Shown: positions 1 to 3,133 of the stretch, piece after piece | Position numbering within the stretch: the first letter of the stretch is position 1 | Layout of the letters: each line of letters opens with the position of its first letter | Origin: a plasmid | DNA: 3,133 nucleotides | Assembly (NCBI RefSeq): GCF_057098645.1 | Contig: NZ_JBXSPU010000007.1 | Reading direction: 5' to 3' (one strand) | Translations under genes and position numbers: made by a program | Notes under the pieces: generated by a model | Databases searched by the model: none | The model's input: the letters and a program-made list of their open reading frames with translations, nothing else | What the model was told of the DNA's origin: nothing

Positions 1-189
1 GATTGTATTGTTTATCGCATTACGCAGAGCAACCTCAATCATCTGGACAAGACAAAAAAAATCGCCAGACAGATCTTGGTAGGCAACGTATGCCCCAACC
101 TTTTCTTGATCAGTAGCGCACCCAAGAAATGTTTCATAGAAAGATAATCTTGGTACAGAAATTGAGCTAATTAAACTTGTTGTATCCAT
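1..189 (-). CDS. 5' portion (N-terminal 63 aa) of an Abi_2-family (AbiD/AbiF-like) abortive-infection protein; ORF runs off the left edge
   Basis: Hand translation of the minus strand from ATG at 189 gives MDTTSLISSISVPRLSFYETFLGCATDQEKVGAYVAYQDLSGDFFCLVQMIEVALRNAINNTI with no stop before position 1. An in-frame stop lies 3 codons upstream of this ATG. The motif IEVALRN matches the N-terminal 'iEvalR' block of Pfam Abi_2, recalled from memory. Not in the supplied ORF track because the ORF is open-ended. Confidence 0.5.
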   Translation of the reverse strand, partial: MDTTSLISSISVPRLSFYETFLGCATDQEKVGAYVAYQDLSGDFFCLVQMIEVALRNAINNTI

Positions 190-290
190 GAAAACTCACT
201 TATCTCTTTACTATGAATATTTTTCAGACTACCATTACAACATTCGAGGAGCAGGCGAACTACCGTTTTTCTGTGTACCTCTAGAGCGTA

Positions 291-338
291 AAATATAACA
301 AAAAAGCCCACTACAGAGTGGGCTTTTTTGTTATATTT
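291..338. terminator. Bidirectional rho-independent terminator: perfect 22-bp inverted repeat with 4-nt loop
   Basis: aaatataacaaaaaagcccact-acag-agtgggcttttttgttatattt. GC core gcccact/agtgggc flanked by an A-run on one side and a T-run on the other, so either strand yields stem plus U-tract. Confidence 0.75.
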
Positions 339-430
339 ATCTATATGAAACAACCAGTTATAGTTATTGTTTCATAATAAGAATTGAATACTCTTCACAA
401 TCCACAACATCAGAAAATACTTTGCTGCCA

Positions 431-458
431 ATTTACCATAACTCCCCTTACGCGCACC
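431..458 (-). other. cer-like Xer (XerC/XerD) multimer-resolution core site; accessory region probably extends to about 640
   Basis: The minus strand reads GGTGCGCGTAA-GGGGAG-TTATGGTAAAT. Compare the ColE1 cer arms GGTGCGTACAA / TTATGGTAAAT and the psi XerC arm GGTGCGCGCAA. A 14-bp palindrome tgcatagctatgca at 559-572, about 100 bp to the XerC side, could be an ArgR-box-like accessory element. Confidence 0.5.
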
Positions 459-647
459 GCTAAAACGCGCTGAACGCGATTCTGCCGCAAACACCGCAAA
501 AAGAGATGTTTTACCCAGTGAAAACCGGAAAAATGCGTCAGGACCGTTTTCAGCTCACTGCATAGCTATGCATGAAAGTGAATGGCGATCGGTTTGGGGC
601 CTTACGGCGTTCATACCGTCTGTTTTCGACAGTTTCTCTCCGGGAAG

Positions 648-971
648 CTAATCTGCCATAAGCCTGGATAACAGGGCCCGGTGATACTCCGTAATAGCGA
701 TCAGCACCTCCGCATACTCTCTGTCCCCGACACGCTTGCCGTCGATAAAGAGTTTTTTCTGTAACGCCCCCAGTCTCATAACTTCTTTCAGTACCCGATC
801 ATCAGTCAGTGAGTTAACTTTCTTACCGAGAGCTGCCGCCCGTAAAAAACCGGAAACGGTCTTGCCGCATTCAGCAGCCCTTTTTCTGATTTCCTGGTCT
901 TCTTCTGCCGTCAGACGAACAGGGCGACTGATAGCCCGCCTGCGCGTATTACTTCCACTTCGTTTTGTCAT
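648..971 (-). CDS. mbeC: MobC/MbeC-family ribbon-helix-helix mobilisation accessory protein (107 aa)
   Basis: The track ORF at 648..1061 contains RPVRLTAEEDQEIRKRAAECGKTVSGFLRAAAL, which fits the MobC-family signature RLT.eE..I..A..G.S.S..lR.AL. The likely start is ATG at 971 (MTKRSGSNTRRR...), with GGAG 9 nt upstream. The longer track ORF would run through the oriT inverted repeats. Stop is TAG at 648-650. Confidence 0.75.
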   Translation of the reverse strand: MTKRSGSNTRRRAISRPVRLTAEEDQEIRKRAAECGKTVSGFLRAAALGKKVNSLTDDRVLKEVMRLGALQKKLFIDGKRVGDREYAEVLIAITEYHRALLSRLMAD

Positions 972-994
972 AAAACATGGCTCCGTATCTGACA

Positions 995-1075
995 TGGGGT
1001 GTCGGGGCGAAGCCCTGACCAGGGTAATTGTAATAGCGCGCATGTATGCGCGGTATAACAATTACACATCCTGTC
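995..1075. other. ColE1-family oriT / bom (nic region) with inverted repeats
   Basis: ggggtgtcggggcgaagccctgaccagg closely matches the pBR322/ColE1 bom sequence gggtgtcggggcgcagccatgacccag. Imperfect inverted repeat gtcggggc-gaa-gccctgac. Hairpin cgcgca-tgta-tgcgcg at 1036-1051. Outer inverted repeat gtaattgt...acaattac. Lies immediately upstream of mbeC, the typical oriT-mobC arrangement. Confidence 0.6.
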
Positions 1076-1185
1076 CTGTCAGCAAGTTCGAATTACCGAC
1101 AAAGGCACGGCAGTTTTTTGGCAGTGACAGTATTGTCAGGCAGAAATGCCCGTCAAAGAGTCAGACGACAGAATACCGGCGGCAA

Positions 1186-1214
1186 AACTGTCGAAAAGTG
1201 GTACGCGATATAAT
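1186..1214 (+). promoter_or_regulatory. Candidate rop promoter: consensus -10 TATAAT at 1209-1214, weak -35
   Basis: gcgatataat with TATAAT at 1209-1214. Upstream hexamer is only a poor match (aactgt/ctgtcg). Position is appropriate for rop. Confidence 0.3.
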
Positions 1215-1255
1215 CACACGACGCAGATGACAGACAGAACGGAGAAAACAGAAAG

Positions 1256-1450
1256 ATGAACAAGCAGCAGCAAACCGCACTTAACATGGCAAAATTCATA
1301 AAAAGCCAGAGCCTGACGCTGCTCGAAAAACTGGACTCACTCGATGCTGATGCACAGGCCGCCATGTGTGAGAAACTGCACGAACTCGCAGAAGAACTCC
1401 AGAACAGCATACAGACACGCTTTGAATCGGAAAGTGGCACCGGGGAATAA
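1256..1450 (+). CDS. rop: Rop/Rom (repressor of primer; RNA I-RNA II pairing modulator), 64 aa
   Basis: MNKQQQTALNMAKFIKSQSLTLLEKLDSLDADAQAAMCEKLHELAEELQNSIQTRFESESGTGE aligns along its length with ColE1 Rop MTKQEKTALNMARFIRSQTLTLLEKLNELDADEQADICESLHDHADELYRSCLARF... Confidence 0.9.
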   Translation: MNKQQQTALNMAKFIKSQSLTLLEKLDSLDADAQAAMCEKLHELAEELQNSIQTRFESESGTGE

Positions 1451-2056
1451 CAGTGTTCCTACACCAGACAGGATGCAGAACGATATACCGGTGCGTAAGG
1501 AGAAAATACCACATAAGGCGCTCTTCCGCTTCCTCGCTCACTAACTCGCTACGCTCGGTCGTTCGGCTGCGGCGAGCGGTATCAGCTCACTCAAAGACGG
1601 TAATGAGGTTATCCACAGAATCAGGGGATAACGCCAAAAGAAACATGTGAGCAAAAAACAAGAACCCGAAAAAGGCCGCGCCGGTGGCGTTTTTCCATAG
1701 GCTCCGCCCCCCTGACGAGCATCACAAAAATCGACGCTCAAGTCAGAGGTGGCGAAACCCGACAGGACTATAAAGATACCAGGCGTTTCCCCCTGATGGC
1801 TCCCTCGTGCGCTCTCCTGTTCCTGCCTTTCGGTTTACCGGTGTCATTCCGCTGTTATGGCCGCGTTATCTCATTCCACGCCTGACACTCAGTTCCGGGT
1901 AGGCAGTTCGCTCCAAGCTGGACTGTATGCACGAACCCCCCGTTCAGTCCGACTACTGCGCCTTATCCGGTAACTATCGTCTTGAGTCCAACCCGGAAAG
2001 GCACGACTTATCGCCATTGGCAGCAGCCACTGGTAACTGATTTAGAGGAGTTAGTC

Positions 2057-2086
2057 TTGAAGTTACGTGCCAGTTAAGGCTAAACT
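2057..2086 (+). promoter_or_regulatory. RNA I promoter (-35 TTGAAG 2057-2062, -10 TAAACT 2081-2086)
   Basis: Corresponds position-for-position to the pBR322 ttgaag...ctacact and p15A ttgaag...ctaaact RNA I promoter. Confidence 0.55.
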
Positions 2087-2092
2087 GGAAGA

Positions 2093-2193
2093 ACAAGTTT
2101 TGGTGACTGCGCTCCTCTTAAGCCAGTTACCGAGGTTCAGAAACTTGCCGGTTGCTGAACCTTCGAAAAACCACCTTGCCGGGTGGTTTTTTC
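2093..2193 (+). ncRNA. RNA I (antisense copy-number control RNA)
   Basis: acaagttttggtgactgcgctcctcttaagccagttacc...aaccttcgaaaaaccaccttgccgggtggttttttcg parallels ColE1 RNA I ACAGUAUUUGGUAUCUGCGCUCUGCUGAAGCCAGUUACC...GGUGGUUUUUUUGUUU. Terminal hairpin ccacc-ttgccg-ggtgg followed by a U-tract. Confidence 0.75.
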
Positions 2194-2200
2194 GTTTTTA

Positions 2201-2229
2201 AGATTACGATGGGCGCGATATGAACTCAA
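2201..2229 (-). promoter_or_regulatory. RNA II promoter (-35 TTGAGT at 2229..2224, 17-bp spacer, -10 TAATCT at 2206..2201, minus strand)
   Basis: Matches pBR322 RNA II promoter ttgaga...gcgtaatct. Confidence 0.6.
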
Positions 2230-2299
2230 GGAAATCCGCAATTAAATTATAAAAGTTTGTGGATTAATGGAAAAACTGATGTGAATCAGCTATTTATCC

Positions 2300-2328
2300 T
2301 TAAGATTTGATGTCAGATATGGTATAAT
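2300..2328 (+). promoter_or_regulatory. Strong sigma70-type promoter with extended -10 (-35 TTAAGA 2300-2305, 17-bp spacer, TGgTATAAT 2320-2328), directed toward the Abi gene 3' end
   Basis: Consensus TATAAT preceded by TGn, with a 4/6 -35 at optimal spacing. Sits in an AT-rich tract divergent from the RNA II promoter. Predicted start about 2334-2336. Confidence 0.55.
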
Positions 2329-2401
2329 TAACCATTCAAATAGATGGAATAAAAAGTCAACGCTGCCATTAGAACGGCATAAGAAATAGAGGATTATGAA
2401 A

Positions 2402-2545
2402 ATGAATACTAAAGTTCTTTTTGTGAAAAAAGCCTTGAAATCAATTACTTGCGCAATTCTTTCGCTCTTACCGGCTTTAAGTCGCGCAGTAACAGAGTTA
2501 CGTAGCCTTTCGGCTGCGCGACTTAAAGCCGGTAAGAGCTTTTGA
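2402..2545 (+). CDS. Hypothetical small ORF (47 aa from ATG 2402; 49 aa from ATG 2396) running through the hairpin
   Basis: MNTKVLFVKKALKSITCAILSLLPALSRAVTELRSLSAARLKAGKSF. AGAGGA lies 8 nt upstream of ATG 2402. Against coding: the ORF contains both arms of a perfect 26-bp inverted repeat and its stop sits in the post-stem U-run. Confidence 0.2.
   Translation: MNTKVLFVKKALKSITCAILSLLPALSRAVTELRSLSAARLKAGKSF
2464..2539. repeat. Perfect 26-bp inverted repeat with 24-nt spacer (large hairpin/cruciform). Intrinsic terminator for the plus strand, and possible 3' stabiliser for Abi mRNA on the minus strand
   Basis: gctcttaccggctttaagtcgcgcag (2464-2489) is the exact reverse complement of ctgcgcgacttaaagccggtaagagc (2514-2539). 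The spacer taacagagttacgtagcctttcgg holds the mini-hairpin taac-aga-gtta and the palindrome tacgta. A U-run cttttgattg follows on the plus strand only. Confidence 0.9.
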
Positions 2546-2569
2546 TTGTATCACATTTTTCCTTAAAAG

Positions 2570-3133
2570 TCAACCGGCTACCTTAAGCTCCCTGCACTTA
2601 ATCCTCCCTATAATCCCCATAACATACTCTATCGTGCAGCGTTCATAAAAGCGCCTATCGTGCCCAATAAACTCAATAAGTTCCTTTTTCTCGTTAGAGA
2701 CGATACTCAAGGCATTCATTAAAAAATTGAACTCTTTCAACATATTATTTATGGCTTGACTATGCGACTTGCAGTGGTGTTTTTTCCAAATAGGCTCATG
2801 GTGAAAAAGTCGATTCCTAAACAAAAGAACTTTATGAAACTCGTCAAACAACGCTTTAACCTTCATATCCCCCCCACCCAAAGGATTCTTCGCATGAGGA
2901 AATGTTTTTGCCTTGTTCTCTGGAGTCCAGATGTAGCACGGCCTTTGCGTATCCCTATATGGGGCATCTAACATATAAACCCAAAAGCCAAAGGTTAGAC
3001 GGCAAATAACATCATCATCCGTATACCTTACGCCACACTCATCTAGCGCTTTTTGTTTCGCATTTAAAACAAGATCCTGAGATTTCTTTGTTTGAGGTAT
3101 AGAGTCGTACCAAGCAGGCCCATGATTAGCTTT
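2570..3133 (-). CDS. 3' portion (C-terminal 187 aa) of an Abi_2-family (AbiD/AbiF-like) abortive-infection protein; ORF open at the right edge
   Basis: The track ORF 2570..2974 extends in frame, with no stop found by hand translation, to 3133: ...KANHGPAWYDSIPQTKKSQDLVLNAKQKALDECGVRYTDDDVICRLTFGFWVYMLDAPY... It contains LTFGFW (Abi_2 middle motif 'lsFG') and LFRNRLFHHEPIW (Abi_2 C-terminal motif 'RN..AHH..lW'). Stop is TGA at 2570-2572. Confidence 0.7.
   Translation of the reverse strand, partial: KANHGPAWYDSIPQTKKSQDLVLNAKQKALDECGVRYTDDDVICRLTFGFWVYMLDAPYRDTQRPCYIWTPENKAKTFPHAKNPLGGGDMKVKALFDEFHKVLLFRNRLFHHEPIWKKHHCKSHSQAINNMLKEFNFLMNALSIVSNEKKELIEFIGHDRRFYERCTIEYVMGIIGRIKCRELKVAG

Larger units (their letters stand above)
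1675..2194 (-). ncRNA. RNA II (pre-primer) running from its promoter toward the RNA/DNA switch near aaaaaggccgcg
   Basis: By homology with ColE1 RNA II. Transcription start inferred about 7 nt downstream of the -10 TAATCT (minus 2206..2201). Origin point inferred at the conserved aaaaaggccgcg...ggcgtttttcc region (about 1670-1690). Ends are approximate. Confidence 0.65.
1519..2200. other. ColE1/p15A-superfamily RNA-primed origin of replication (oriV region)
   Basis: Extended near-identity to pBR322/p15A ori: cgctcttccgcttcctcgctcact..., cggtatcagctcactcaaag, ccacagaatcaggggataacgc, ttttccataggctccgcccccctgac...aaatcgacgctcaagtcagaggtggcgaaacccgacaggactataaagataccaggcgtttccccctg, and cgaaccccccgttcag...ccttatccggtaactatcgtcttgagtccaacccgg. 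The central part resembles p15A more than pMB1. Confidence 0.9.
2335..2548 (+). ncRNA. Candidate small transcript of about 210 nt ending at a 26-bp hairpin plus U-run, convergent with the Abi gene and 3'-overlapping it
   Basis: Delimited by the extended -10 promoter upstream and the perfect stem 2464-2489/2514-2539 followed by cttttgattg downstream. Alternatively it could encode a 47-49 aa peptide (see the sORF feature). Confidence 0.35.

Noticed and set aside
188-298. 36-aa plus-strand sORF (MKTHLSLYYEYFSDYHYNIRGAGELPFFCVPLERKI)
   Set aside because: Its ATG (188-190) overlaps head-to-head with the Abi minus-strand ATG (187-189). It occupies the region that must hold the Abi promoter and RBS, and it ends inside the terminator stem. 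Probably fortuitous.
171-353. Track ORF, 60 aa, minus strand
   Set aside because: Runs straight through the palindromic terminator 291-338, ends next to the Abi start, and has no recognisable motifs. Most likely non-coding.
648-1061. Longer 137-aa version of mbeC starting at 1061
   Set aside because: The extra N-terminal 30 codons overlap the oriT inverted repeats. ATG 971 has a GGAG at suitable spacing and gives a 107-aa product typical of MbeC.
736-1230. Track ORF, 164 aa, plus strand
   Set aside because: Antisense to the well-supported mbeC and crosses the oriT inverted repeats and the rop promoter region. No family motifs. Typical GC-rich antisense ORF.
1062-1255. Repeated ggcag / tgacag motifs between oriT and rop (possible iterons)
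   Set aside because: Short, irregularly spaced motifs. Replication here is clearly RNA-primed (ColE1 type) with no Rep gene, so iteron function is unlikely. More likely relaxosome accessory sites or chance.
1153-1741. Track ORFs 1153..1440(-), 1296..1541(-), 1344..1544(+), 1453..1650(+), 1541..1741(-)
   Set aside because: All overlap or lie antisense to rop, or fall inside the RNA II/ori region, which is conserved as RNA and DNA signal with ColE1/p15A. None has recognisable protein features.
2756-2971. Track ORF, 71 aa, plus strand
   Set aside because: Lies entirely antisense within the Abi_2 coding region, which carries strong family motifs on the other strand.
1-3133. Search for CRISPR arrays, IS elements, transposases or integrases
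   Set aside because: No arrays of regularly spaced direct repeats, no transposase- or integrase-like ORFs, and no terminal inverted repeats typical of IS elements were seen.

Overview
The window is almost an entire small ColE1/p15A-superfamily theta-replicating plasmid, linearised inside one gene. Order of elements:
- Minus-strand ORF open at the right edge (>3133 to 2570) carrying middle and C-terminal motifs of the Abi_2 (AbiD/AbiF-like) abortive-infection family. Minus-strand ORF open at the left edge (189 to <1) carrying the family's N-terminal motif. These are probably one gene wrapping the circle.
- Perfect 22-bp palindromic bidirectional terminator (291-338).
- cer-like Xer multimer-resolution site, core 431-458.
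- 107-aa MobC/MbeC-family ribbon-helix-helix mobilisation protein (648-971, minus) with no relaxase gene after it.
- ColE1-type oriT/bom with inverted repeats (~995-1075).
- rop/rom (1256-1450, plus).
- ColE1/p15A-type origin (1519-2200) with RNA II (minus) and RNA I (plus) and their promoters.
- AT-rich module at 2200-2570: strong extended -10 promoter at 2300-2328 on the plus strand, directed at the Abi gene 3' end, running into a perfect 26-bp inverted repeat (2464-2539) followed by a U-run. A 10-nt direct repeat brackets this unit.
The GC-rich backbone (about 420-2200) contrasts with the AT-rich Abi and small-RNA module, which suggests an acquired defence cargo. The most unusual feature is this Abi_2 gene paired with a 3'-overlapping, strongly promoted, highly structured small-transcript unit. 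Next is the orphan mbeC-oriT pair lacking a relaxase.
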